From: Rickettsiales bacterium
GTDB lineage: Bacteria > Pseudomonadota > Alphaproteobacteria > Rickettsiales > UBA1997
Reading direction: 5' to 3'
Assembly: GCA_031289855.1 (NCBI GenBank)
Contig: JAITOR010000075.1
Coordinates: forward strand, 7,702-71,701
Length of the DNA stretch: 64,000 bases
Shown here: in pieces, positions 18,726 to 28,259 of the stretch
Numbering within the stretch: position 1 is the first letter of the stretch
Layout of the letters: each line of letters begins with the position of its first letter
Position numbers and translations under genes: made by a program
Notes under the pieces: generated by a model
Told to the model about the DNA's origin: nothing
Databases searched by the model: none
Seen by the model: only the letters and a program-made list of their open reading frames with translations

Positions 18726-19400
18726 ATGGTTTTAAATAAAAAAGTAGAAGCGGATAAAACGATTAAAGCAAATGAAGCGATTGAACTACTAAAAAAAGCA
18801 TGTCAAGAAAAACAACGAAAATTCGTTGAAAACGTTGATGTTGCGATTAACTTGACTATTGACCCAAAACAAACGTCACAAAATATAAGGGGTTCAATAT
18901 CTTTACCATCTGGTACAGGTAAACAGGTTAAAGTAATTGTTTTGACAGAAGACGATTCTTTAGTAAAAGAAGCAAAAGAAGCAGGTGCTTCTGAGGCAGG
19001 TTTTACTGATTTAGTGACAAAAATTGAAGGTGGCTGGTTGGGTTTTGACTATATTGTGGCTACGCCAGATTCAATGAAAAAAATGGGTAAGTTGGCAAAA
19101 ATTTTAGGTCCAAGAGGCTTAATGCCTAACCCTAAAAATGGCAACATCACAACGGAAGTAGGAAAAGTTGTGAAAGAGATAACAAAAGGTAAAGTTAATT
19201 TTAAAAATGATAGGTTTGGTATCGTACATGTTGGAGTTGGAAAAATTAACTTCACCACTGATGATTTATTGGCAAATATCAAGGCAGTAATCTCTGCTTT
19301 GAAGGAAGCGAAACCCGAAGGTGTAAAGGGAAAATACATTAAAGATGTTTATTTGACAAGCACTATGGGACCGAGTTTTATAATTACTTTGGATAAATAA
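18726..19400 (+). CDS. rplA: 50S ribosomal protein L1
   Basis: Full-length L1 similarity (GTGKQVKVIVL, LGPRGLMPNPKNG). An intrinsic terminator follows. Confidence 0.96.
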   Translation: MVLNKKVEADKTIKANEAIELLKKACQEKQRKFVENVDVAINLTIDPKQTSQNIRGSISLPSGTGKQVKVIVLTEDDSLVKEAKEAGASEAGFTDLVTKIEGGWLGFDYIVATPDSMKKMGKLAKILGPRGLMPNPKNGNITTEVGKVVKEITKGKVNFKNDRFGIVHVGVGKINFTTDDLLANIKAVISALKEAKPEGVKGKYIKDVYLTSTMGPSFIITLDK

Positions 19401-19420
19401 TTTTTAACTTAAATACAAAA

Positions 19421-19448
19421 AAAAGAGTTAGCGATAACTCTTTTTTGT
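19421..19448 (+). terminator. intrinsic terminator after rplA
   Basis: The stem agagtta/taactct closes a GCGA loop and is followed by a T6 run. Confidence 0.65.
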
Positions 19449-19515
19449 TATTAAAGTAAAATGTATCAACATTAAAGTGATTACAATTGTTGTATTCATA
19501 TTTGATATTCATCAT

Positions 19516-19537
19516 TTCAATTAATGACTTAATTGAA
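19516..19537. promoter_or_regulatory. perfect palindrome TTCAATTAA-tgac-TTAATTGAA upstream of the giant gene
   Basis: The 9-bp arms were read directly from the sequence. It lies about 65-85 nt upstream of ATG 19600. A possible TTGTTT-N17-TACTAT promoter lies at 19548..19576. Confidence 0.35.
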
Positions 19538-19599
19538 AAATATTTATTTGTTTTTTTTAAAAAAATGTATTACTATATATCAAGTGTAAGAATTATTTT

Positions 19600-22500
19600 A
19601 TGTTTTTTAAAAAGTTTTTTTGTTCGTTATTATTGATTACCTTACTTGTCAGTTGCGAAGGTGCTAATTGCATTGATGCAAATGATTTTGGGGAGTTTGA
19701 CGTACATACAATGGCAATAGAATCACAAAAAACTTTATGTAAATGGGAAGAAACTGATACATCCGATGGAAACGGGGATTATGAAATTGAAAGATGTTTA
19801 AGAGATGCGAGTGGCGCAAGGAGTATTAGAAATCCAGATATAGATTGTACTATAACATTTAACGAGGGAACTTCTGGTTATGCAAAAGTAAAAGAAGCCT
19901 TAAAATCACAAAATATCACAAAAGGTTTTATGGAAAAATATTTTACTTTGAATAATGAAAGTCAGTGTGGAACGGATTATAAAAAATTATTGACCGCCTT
20001 TTATGCGGAAGGACTTGAGGACTGCATATCCACATGTGAAACAAAACATAAAGCATCAAATCCAGTGTCGGAAGATGTTTATGAACCTGAATGGAAGCCG
20101 GCAGATTTAATTTTAGAAGTTGGTAGAGAATTTTATATTAAAGCAACGGGTGAAATAGATTTGTTGGGAGAAAAGGAGCGAAGCGTTCAGTATCTTGCTG
20201 GTTCCATAAATATGAATAAAAAAACTACTATAAATACTATTTTTGCCATAAAAACTAATACTGATATGACGTTTTCTGGTAATTGGATTACAACAAAAAA
20301 CGGAGTTGTTGACAAAAATTATGGTGAGATTGATGGTAATCAACCAAATTTACAAAAAAGAATTGAATTTTTGAGAAGAGGTGTTATGTATTTACAACCA
20401 CTTCCCAGCGTTAAAATACAAGGTATGACCATAATTGGCGAAGTAAATGAGATAGGTTCTTATACCGGGCCAGATGTGGAATTAGATAAAACAAAAATTT
20501 CTTGTTTAGTGAATGAAAACTTACCTTATGATGGGTATCCTACCACTTGTAAAGTTGATTATGGAGTTGAAGAGTTACCTGATGATTTTTCTATAGCAGC
20601 ACTTACGGAATCTCAAAGAATAGCATTGGCAAATAATGAATTGTATAAGTTGGATCCTTTTATGTCAAAATCAAAGGCTGGATATGTATTGACGCCTGAC
20701 ATTATAGATTATATGACTAAAATGCCACTAAAAGGTTATAGTTGCGCAACAACATTTAATGCAAATTACGGAATTTATCGTAGAAATTGTGATGATGGAA
20801 AAATAGATAGAAGTATTGGATTTAATAATGGTTATTTAGTACCAAAAGCCTTTGTTTTTACAAATGAAACTCAGGGTGGAAATGATGATTATCAAATGGA
20901 TATAAATGGGTTGGTTTTTCCTGTAAAAATCATGGTAAGAGTTTATGGCGGAATAAGGGGAGAATGTAAAGTTGGTATAAAAATGCCAGCAGCATTAGGG
21001 GTAAACGATCTTGATCCTTCCAACGAAGTTGATGGATTTTACAAAGTTACTATTCCCGCTAATGATAAATGGCACTATATAAATGATATAAAAAACAAAC
21101 CAATAATATTTGGAAAAAATACATTTTTTACCATAAAAGAAACAACTGAAGGTAGAGTAAATGTAAGAAATGAAAATCAATATAATTTAGCTTTAAAAGT
21201 TGTGTCTCCAAGTTTTGATGAAGGTAATAGACCTCAGTGGACGGCTGCTCCTGGTGCTTCATTATATCCAAATACTTTTGTTGTGCCACCTATACCTTCA
21301 AAAGGCACGCCAAATGAAATTATTGACACAGAAAATCATCCAGCTCCTTGTGGCGAGGGTATGGTTGTTATGTTGATGCCACAAAATGAAATAGTGATAA
21401 AAGAAAGTGGATTTGTTTCAATCAAATCGTTTCTAAAAGACAAAATATATACTTGTAATGCCGCTGATGATGGAAGTGAAGTATTTTGTCAGGATGGTGC
21501 CAATGGTGGAGGTAATCCACCAATAAATAGAACATTTAATTTGAAATATACTATATTAAATCCAAATGTAAATGCATCCGCAACAACTTTTGCTGTTAAA
21601 TCTGAAAATTTTTATGAAAAATCAACCTCAGAAATTGTCGGCAGTTCAAATAAATATTATCCAAAGTTTAATGATTTAATGATACCAGTTTCAGCAATAG
21701 GTTCCGTGAGCACTACCACATGGAGTAGCAAATTTTTTGTTAGAAAAGGACAGGTCATTAGATTTGATGAAACCAGTTGGTTTGGCATTGAAGGATCCAA
21801 TGGAGATGGTTTTGAAGTAAAAGAAAAATTTTTAAAGTATGATAATTTTAATATCAAAAAAAACATAGGAGAAGGTTTAATAATGCATATTGAGAAAAGA
21901 CCATCTTTTTTATGCACAGGCGAAGCCGAAGAATCAATATTCAATTCATCTTGCCAAAAGATTAAAAAAGATGATGGAACTGTTGATTGCAGGGTTCCTT
22001 ATTCTCAATATTGTTCCACAATGAATTCACAGGCAGAAGTAGATAGATATTGTCCGCTCGGTTGTTATAAAGTGGAGGTTGGTGGCGGTGGAGAAGCAGA
22101 GCATAAAGTGGAAATAAATGAAGGATGGGGAATTGCTTTATTGAAAGGCGATAGTACAATCAAAAATCAATCATTTTATGTGGATAATAATGAGAAGGAA
22201 TCTAACAATTGCTCTTATCCTCCTGAGTCATTACCTGAAAGTTTTGAAGATCCAATGAGTGTACAAAAATGTATAGAATGTAGAAATTATATAGAAAGTA
22301 ATCCGGACGCTTCAATTGAATTGGTGAATAAGGTATCTTTAACTCAATGTTATGATTTAGAAAATTATACAGGAAGCATCAAGGTTTTAGAAAATAAAAA
22401 TCCCTTTATAAATAGTGAAACAGGAGAGGGTGATTATAATAAAAAGACATTTGATTTATTGGGTGTAAAAAAATTAAATAGTATATTTTCGCAAGATGCA

Positions 22501-25500
22501 AAATATGGAAACCTTGAAGGCTCATCCGTTGACTCTCAATATCAACAAAGCGATGGAACTTATACAAAGTTTATTTATAATTCACCAACTGAATTAAAAA
22601 CAGAAGAACCAAAAATAATTAAATTTTTAACTCTAAACATTGATGATAATTTGGATTTTTCTCCTTCATTTGCAGAGGATATTGGAAGATACAAAATTAC
22701 ACTTATGGAAGGTGATAAATTTATGAATGGAAAACAACTTTCTGTACTTATAGCTCACAAAGGTTGGGATAAAAAAAATTTTAGTCAACAATGTGAAACT
22801 GGTTTTTGTGTTAAACAATATGTTGTAAAATATGACACAAGTAAAGAAAGTGAAGGAGGTTTGGAACCTAATACAAATTATGGTAAAGAATTAAGCGATG
22901 TAAATGATTATGAATTTGATTCATTTGGAGATCTTGTAAGTAAAGCCAAAATAAGTGAAAAAAAACTCATTTTAACATCTATAAAAAATGGACTAACATC
23001 TTTTGATTTAGTTGAACCAAAAGAATATGAAGATTTAAGAATATATTTTAAAGTTATTGATAGATTGCAATACGCTCCAAAGGAAACATTTAATGATGAT
23101 TGTCCTTTAAATACCATAGCAGAATATGAAACACGTTATAGTTGTACAGGCGCAACATATGATGAATTAAAAACCATTACATGTGTTTCGACAATTAATA
23201 ATGTAAGTGAAACAATCAGTGCTTGCCCCATTAGTGCCACCGATACAGCCTGTTCAAAGACGAGTGCGGGTTCATATATTACACCACCATATAGCATTAA
23301 AGTAAAAGTTGGTTGTAATCATGGCTTATATTATAATAATAATGGTGGTTATTCAGTGAAAATACAATCTCCAAAAGTTTTCACAAGTTTAAATTCCGTA
23401 ACCGATATGGATAGCGCTATAAAAACCAATGTTTTGTCATGGGGGGTTACAAAAATTCAAGGTTTCACAATTAGAAGATTGCTAAATCCTTTTATGGAAG
23501 TTATGGAAGGAATAAATATGGGATTACTGAATTTTAGGGGAGGATTTGAACCTTGTGTGAAAGAAATTGGAGAAACTGTGTCTTCAAAATGCACCTATTA
23601 CAATCCAAAAACAGATATTTTCGATCCACAATTTGGTGCAGGTTGCACATACGATCAACCAAATTGCTTTATAACATGCAACCTAATAAATGAAAGCGAT
23701 CCAGGATATGCTGGTAAATGTAAAATTGTGAATGATAATGGTGGTTATATTAAAAACTTTTATTCAAGAGTTATATTGGATTCGCAATTTCATGCAGTAG
23801 TAAGAATTTTATTAACTTTAATGATGACATTTTTGGGTTTATATCATTTGATAGGTATGTCAGAAATAACAAGTAAAGAGATGCTTACAAGAATTACAAA
23901 GATTGGAATAATTTATTTATTTATAGGGGAAACTGGATGGTTTTATTACAATAGATTTATCGTTCAATTTTTTGTAAGAGGTGCCGATTATTTGTCTTAT
24001 GCAGTGGCAGGTGCATTTGAGGAGACTCCAGGACTTACAAGAGAATTCACAAAGGGAATCTTTCTTGATAAAACGGTATTATTTGGTGCCACCGATAGAA
24101 ATTTAGCATTAATATTTTCAGCTGAAGTAAATTACAAAATATTAGGTCTATTGTTTACAAGTTATCTCGGCTGGTTATATGTAATATTATTATATTCGGC
24201 TCTCATAAACTATGTTTTTGCCTCACTTAATGCTTTGGTTTTGTTTATGATGTCAAAATTTTTGCTGATGGTAATGTTGACATTTGGTCCAATATTCTTT
24301 GTGCTATTGATTTTTGAAAAAACAAAGACTGCATTTGACAAATGGGTAATGGCACTTGTGGGACATGTGGTGGAGCAAGTATCTTTAATGGTTGGATTAT
24401 CATTATTTAATATGTTGGTTTATAATTTTATAAAATTTGTATTGAATTTTAGAGTATGTTGGACCCAAGTGTGGATTGTTGAACTTCCATTATTAGGTAG
24501 TATAAAACTATTTAATTTTTGGAGAGCAACCACTGGTACCACAACCGTTACAACGGCAATGAATGCAATGCCAGGATTATTTAGAGTATTGATTATATAT
24601 ATCATTGCAGATTTAATGAAAGGATTTATAGAATTGGTGAGAAATTTTTCCAACGATATTGCAAAATCTGGTTTAAAATTAGGAGATAGGGTTGGTGGAA
24701 TTTTAGAAGAAGTTAACAGATATAAAGAGGGGGATGATGGTATAAAAGATTCTTTCACAAAAGGATTAAATGCCAAAAGAGATTCATTCTTTAAGAAGAT
24801 GGGATACCAGACAGAAGAAGAGGAAATGAAAGAACAAAGTGATGAAAAGAAAAATAATATAAAAATAAGACAGGGTGAAAATGCTGGAAAAGAGGCAAGA
24901 AATGATCTTGCCGCAAAGGCACATATAGAATCAACAAAAAAGGCAAAAGAATCTGCTGAAAAATTTGTAAATAATAAAGGAGATGCTGCTAAAAATAAAC
25001 ATCTTGAAGAAAAAGGTCAAGAGGCAAGAGAAGTGGCTGAAAATGCATTTAAATCTAAAAAAAATAACAAAAAATTGTCTCCAGAGGAACTTGAAAAAGG
25101 AGCAAGAGAAGAGGGAGATAAGGCCGAAAAAGAAGCAAAAGAAAATGCAGACAATATTAAGGAAGCAGAAAGTAAGGCAACAGAAGCAAAAGAGAAAGCA
25201 CAAAAAGATGTGACAGGTATAAAAGCAGCCGAAAAAGAAGCATATAAATCTTCATATAACGAAATGGCGAGCACAGAAAAACTTGATGAAGCTTACAAAA
25301 ATGCATTTACAGCAAAAGCCGGGGCGGATAATTGGGGCAAAGAGGCAAGCACAAAAGCTGATAGTGTATTTGGTTTCATTGCATCAAAGGCATGGCATGC
25401 CGCAAGAGATGGCAAAGCAAGCACAAAAGCTGATAGTAGCACAATAGATAAACAAAATGAGATGACAAAAGTTGTTAAAAAAGCAAAGGATAAGGACGAT

Positions 25501-26343
25501 AAAAAGGAATTTGATAAAAAACATGATGAAAAATTAAAAGAGGAAGGTCATGGATTTTTAGCAAGAAGATGGGCCATGAGAAAAAATGCTCTTACGGGTG
25601 GTAGAAAACATAGTGGAGTTGGTATAACGCCATTAGGAAAAACCACAAGTAATTATAGAGATGCAGCGCTTAAGGAACAAAATGAAAAGAAAAATAAAGA
25701 TAAAGAAATGCTTGAATACAGAAATGAAATAGCACAAGAATCAAGACAAAAGAAAATTGAATCTGACAGAGAACTTGAGAACCACAAAAAAACAGGGGAA
25801 TATAAAGAAGATTTAAGGGATGAAACAAATAAATTACAAAAAGAATGGATGAAGGAAAATAGTTTTACTTCGTATGATAAATTTATAAAAAATGGAACTG
25901 TTGAACAGAAAAAAGCATATGGAAAACTTGGAGAAAAGGCAAAAAAGAATGTTGAAAGTAAATATCTAAAAAAGAGAGCAGAGGCGAAAGCTGCTGAAGA
26001 AAAAGATGCATCTGCAACAGCATCAGAAGAGGCAACACCAAAAAAAACGGAAACAGAAGAGGCAACACTAAAATCAGAGGAGGAGGCAACATCAAAAAAA
26101 ACGGAAACAGAAGAGGCAACACCACCTGAAGCAGAAACAGGTGCTGAAGCCAATGATGCAACACAACCAGAGATACCGGAAGTTCCATCGGAAGTACTTC
26201 CTCAGCCTTTAGAGGGGGAGGCTATACCACCACCTAAAACGGAAATATCAGCAAAAAGAAGAAAAAAGGCATCACATCGCGGAAGAGCAACAATTCCGGA
26301 TGGTTCACCTGAACCAATGGATGAACCGGAGGAAACTGAATGA
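19600..26343 (+). CDS. giant (2,247 aa) lipoprotein with a VirB6/TrbL-like polytopic membrane core
   Basis: The lipobox is LLVSC, with Cys at aa 19. A Cys-rich soluble region of about 1,375 aa follows. A cluster of hydrophobic helices spans about aa 1396-1672 and contains TFGPIFFVLLIFEKTKTAFDKWVMALVGHVV. That segment parallels the VirB6 segment AIGPLILVGYIFDRTRDIAAKWIGQLITYGL of A. tumefaciens as I recall it. A K/E/A-rich low-complexity tail of about 575 aa carries short tandem repeats. Confidence 0.6.
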   Translation: MFFKKFFCSLLLITLLVSCEGANCIDANDFGEFDVHTMAIESQKTLCKWEETDTSDGNGDYEIERCLRDASGARSIRNPDIDCTITFNEGTSGYAKVKEALKSQNITKGFMEKYFTLNNESQCGTDYKKLLTAFYAEGLEDCISTCETKHKASNPVSEDVYEPEWKPADLILEVGREFYIKATGEIDLLGEKERSVQYLAGSINMNKKTTINTIFAIKTNTDMTFSGNWITTKNGVVDKNYGEIDGNQPNLQKRIEFLRRGVMYLQPLPSVKIQGMTIIGEVNEIGSYTGPDVELDKTKISCLVNENLPYDGYPTTCKVDYGVEELPDDFSIAALTESQRIALANNELYKLDPFMSKSKAGYVLTPDIIDYMTKMPLKGYSCATTFNANYGIYRRNCDDGKIDRSIGFNNGYLVPKAFVFTNETQGGNDDYQMDINGLVFPVKIMVRVYGGIRGECKVGIKMPAALGVNDLDPSNEVDGFYKVTIPANDKWHYINDIKNKPIIFGKNTFFTIKETTEGRVNVRNENQYNLALKVVSPSFDEGNRPQWTAAPGASLYPNTFVVPPIPSKGTPNEIIDTENHPAPCGEGMVVMLMPQNEIVIKESGFVSIKSFLKDKIYTCNAADDGSEVFCQDGANGGGNPPINRTFNLKYTILNPNVNASATTFAVKSENFYEKSTSEIVGSSNKYYPKFNDLMIPVSAIGSVSTTTWSSKFFVRKGQVIRFDETSWFGIEGSNGDGFEVKEKFLKYDNFNIKKNIGEGLIMHIEKRPSFLCTGEAEESIFNSSCQKIKKDDGTVDCRVPYSQYCSTMNSQAEVDRYCPLGCYKVEVGGGGEAEHKVEINEGWGIALLKGDSTIKNQSFYVDNNEKESNNCSYPPESLPESFEDPMSVQKCIECRNYIESNPDASIELVNKVSLTQCYDLENYTGSIKVLENKNPFINSETGEGDYNKKTFDLLGVKKLNSIFSQDAKYGNLEGSSVDSQYQQSDGTYTKFIYNSPTELKTEEPKIIKFLTLNIDDNLDFSPSFAEDIGRYKITLMEGDKFMNGKQLSVLIAHKGWDKKNFSQQCETGFCVKQYVVKYDTSKESEGGLEPNTNYGKELSDVNDYEFDSFGDLVSKAKISEKKLILTSIKNGLTSFDLVEPKEYEDLRIYFKVIDRLQYAPKETFNDDCPLNTIAEYETRYSCTGATYDELKTITCVSTINNVSETISACPISATDTACSKTSAGSYITPPYSIKVKVGCNHGLYYNNNGGYSVKIQSPKVFTSLNSVTDMDSAIKTNVLSWGVTKIQGFTIRRLLNPFMEVMEGINMGLLNFRGGFEPCVKEIGETVSSKCTYYNPKTDIFDPQFGAGCTYDQPNCFITCNLINESDPGYAGKCKIVNDNGGYIKNFYSRVILDSQFHAVVRILLTLMMTFLGLYHLIGMSEITSKEMLTRITKIGIIYLFIGETGWFYYNRFIVQFFVRGADYLSYAVAGAFEETPGLTREFTKGIFLDKTVLFGATDRNLALIFSAEVNYKILGLLFTSYLGWLYVILLYSALINYVFASLNALVLFMMSKFLLMVMLTFGPIFFVLLIFEKTKTAFDKWVMALVGHVVEQVSLMVGLSLFNMLVYNFIKFVLNFRVCWTQVWIVELPLLGSIKLFNFWRATTGTTTVTTAMNAMPGLFRVLIIYIIADLMKGFIELVRNFSNDIAKSGLKLGDRVGGILEEVNRYKEGDDGIKDSFTKGLNAKRDSFFKKMGYQTEEEEMKEQSDEKKNNIKIRQGENAGKEARNDLAAKAHIESTKKAKESAEKFVNNKGDAAKNKHLEEKGQEAREVAENAFKSKKNNKKLSPEELEKGAREEGDKAEKEAKENADNIKEAESKATEAKEKAQKDVTGIKAAEKEAYKSSYNEMASTEKLDEAYKNAFTAKAGADNWGKEASTKADSVFGFIASKAWHAARDGKASTKADSSTIDKQNEMTKVVKKAKDKDDKKEFDKKHDEKLKEEGHGFLARRWAMRKNALTGGRKHSGVGITPLGKTTSNYRDAALKEQNEKKNKDKEMLEYRNEIAQESRQKKIESDRELENHKKTGEYKEDLRDETNKLQKEWMKENSFTSYDKFIKNGTVEQKKAYGKLGEKAKKNVESKYLKKRAEAKAAEEKDASATASEEATPKKTETEEATLKSEEEATSKKTETEEATPPEAETGAEANDATQPEIPEVPSEVLPQPLEGEAIPPPKTEISAKRRKKASHRGRATIPDGSPEPMDEPEETE
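26026..26121 (+). repeat. intragenic imperfect tandem repeats (EEAT modules) in the tail of the giant gene
   Basis: GAAGAGGCAACA or GAGGAGGCAACA occurs at 26026, 26056, 26080 and 26110. AAAAAAAACGGAAACAGAAGAGGCAACA occurs twice. Confidence 0.8.
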
Positions 26344-26378
26344 AAGTAATAGAAAATAAAATAATTTTATAAATTTGT

Positions 26379-26906
26379 ATGACAGAAATTTTACAGACAG
26401 ATAGATTAATTGTTAGAACATTTGCAAAAAATGACTTTAGAAATTTCTTGTCATTAAATCAAGATAAGGAATTAATGCAATATTTTGATGAAGGTGTAAA
26501 ATCGCTTGAAAAATTAAGAATGAGATTTAATGAAATCATAGAACATCAGAGTAAATATGATTTTAGTTATTACAATTTTTTTTTAAAAGATACCAATGAA
26601 TATGTAGGACAAGGGGGTTGCTATTACAACTTTGACATGTCAATAAATGTTTGTTATGGTTTTTTAAAAAAATTTCATGGACAGGGATATGCGAGCGAGG
26701 CTGTGGGAAATGTATTGAAATATGAATTCAGTAAAAGAAATTTTAAAGAAGTTGTGATAAGAAGTGCAAAAGAAAATATTGCATCAATAAAATTAGCAGA
26801 AAGATTGGGTGGTGTAAAATTTAAGGAAGCAAAAACTTTGAGAGGAATGGAGGTTGTTTATTTCAAAATAGAAAAAGAAATTTTATTAAAAAAGTATGAT
26901 AAATAA
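26379..26906 (+). CDS. GNAT family N-acetyltransferase (RimJ/RimL-like)
   Basis: It starts TDRLIVRTF... and has the acetyl-CoA motif FHGQGYASEAV. The size is typical of the family. Confidence 0.65.
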   Translation: MTEILQTDRLIVRTFAKNDFRNFLSLNQDKELMQYFDEGVKSLEKLRMRFNEIIEHQSKYDFSYYNFFLKDTNEYVGQGGCYYNFDMSINVCYGFLKKFHGQGYASEAVGNVLKYEFSKRNFKEVVIRSAKENIASIKLAERLGGVKFKEAKTLRGMEVVYFKIEKEILLKKYDK

Positions 26907-27360
26907 AAAAGAAATAAGAACCATATATAAAAAAACAAAGTATAGCAAAAAAATTACAATAAATAGTCCTGATTTTGGTATGTCTCAAAAGATTATTTTA
27001 GGTGGATATAAAATTATTGATAATAGGGAAATAGAAATTCATTCCACTATACATAAAATACTTATTCCAAAGATTATAAGTGATACTGAAATGGTGTATG
27101 AAATTGATGGTAAAAAAACATTTCCATCAATTATATTTGTACCTTGCAGGGGATTAGATTTGTTTGGAAATAGAGTGGGTAGCGGAAAGGGATATTTTGA
27201 TAGGTATTTTGCATCCGTGCCACATAAAGATATAATAAAAATCGGTATTGTTAGAAATGAATTTTTGCAAAAATTTGATGAAATTGAAAATGAAAAACAT
27301 GATGTAAAAATGAATTATATTTTAAGTGAAGATGGGCTTTTACAAAAAGTTATAACATAA
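26896..27360 (+). CDS. 5-formyltetrahydrofolate cyclo-ligase
   Basis: It carries the signature GNRVGSGKGYFDRYF. It overlaps the GNAT gene by 11 nt. Confidence 0.7.
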   Translation: MINKKEIRTIYKKTKYSKKITINSPDFGMSQKIILGGYKIIDNREIEIHSTIHKILIPKIISDTEMVYEIDGKKTFPSIIFVPCRGLDLFGNRVGSGKGYFDRYFASVPHKDIIKIGIVRNEFLQKFDEIENEKHDVKMNYILSEDGLLQKVIT

Positions 27361-27404
27361 CATTAAATTTGCTTTTATAACAAAAAAACAATATCATTTC
27401 AAAT

Positions 27405-28259
27405 ATGTTGAAAGAGCAAAATTTAGCAAAATATACTTGGCTTCGTGTTGGTGGTAATGCAGAATACTTATATGAACCACAAAATAAGGAAGAGTTACAG
27501 AATTTTTTAAAAACCAATAAATTACCAATTACAATTATAGGTGGTGGCAGTAATTTACTTATTCGAGATGGCGGTATCAAGGGTGTAACCATAATAGTGA
27601 AATTTGAAGGAATTGAATTTGATGGTGATATTTTAAAAGTTAAGGCTGGAACTTTAAATTCTAAAATTTATAATTTTTGCAAAAATAATAACATTGGTGG
27701 CTATGAATTTTTAGGAACTATTCCCGGAACAATTGGTGGCGCAGTAAGAGGAAATGCTGGTTGTTATAAGAGTGAAATAAAAGATTTTACAATTGATGTT
27801 GAAACTATAAATTTTGATGGAAATATTAAAAAATATAGTAATGCCGATTGTAATTTTGAATACAGAAAAAATAATTTATCAAATGATTTGATTTTTACGG
27901 AAATTAGTTTAAATGCTGGCATAAAATCCACAAAAAATGAAATTGAAAACAAATTTAATGAATATATGCAAAAGCGAAAAGAAACACAGCCAGTGGGCGA
28001 AAAAACTGCTGGCTCTACTTTTAAAAATCCAATTGAAATGCCAGCATGGAAAGTAATACAAGAATTGGGGTGGCAAAACAAAGAAATTGATGGAACAAAA
28101 ATGAGTGAAAAACATGCAAATTTTCTAATAAACACTGGAAAAGCAAGAGCAAAAAGTGTTGAAAATTTGATAAACAGCATCATAAAAGATGCGAAAGAAA
28201 AATTAAAAATTGATTTAGAATTGGAAATTAAAATAGTTGGAGAAAAAAATAATGGATAA
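27405..28259 (+). CDS. murB: UDP-N-acetylenolpyruvoylglucosamine reductase
   Basis: The FAD-binding N-terminus reads TWLRVGGNAEYLYEPQ...IIGGGSNLLIRDGG, and AGSTFKNP lies further downstream. Confidence 0.9.
   Translation: MLKEQNLAKYTWLRVGGNAEYLYEPQNKEELQNFLKTNKLPITIIGGGSNLLIRDGGIKGVTIIVKFEGIEFDGDILKVKAGTLNSKIYNFCKNNNIGGYEFLGTIPGTIGGAVRGNAGCYKSEIKDFTIDVETINFDGNIKKYSNADCNFEYRKNNLSNDLIFTEISLNAGIKSTKNEIENKFNEYMQKRKETQPVGEKTAGSTFKNPIEMPAWKVIQELGWQNKEIDGTKMSEKHANFLINTGKARAKSVENLINSIIKDAKEKLKIDLELEIKIVGEKNNG

Noticed and set aside
24931-26188. Four antisense or off-frame ORFs (24931..25203, 24983..25213, 25017..25274, 25653..26153, 25883..26188) inside the tail of the giant gene
   Set aside because: They are F/L/S-rich or K-rich mirror products of the K/E-rich low-complexity coding strand. 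They lie fully inside a much longer ORF and have no start signals.
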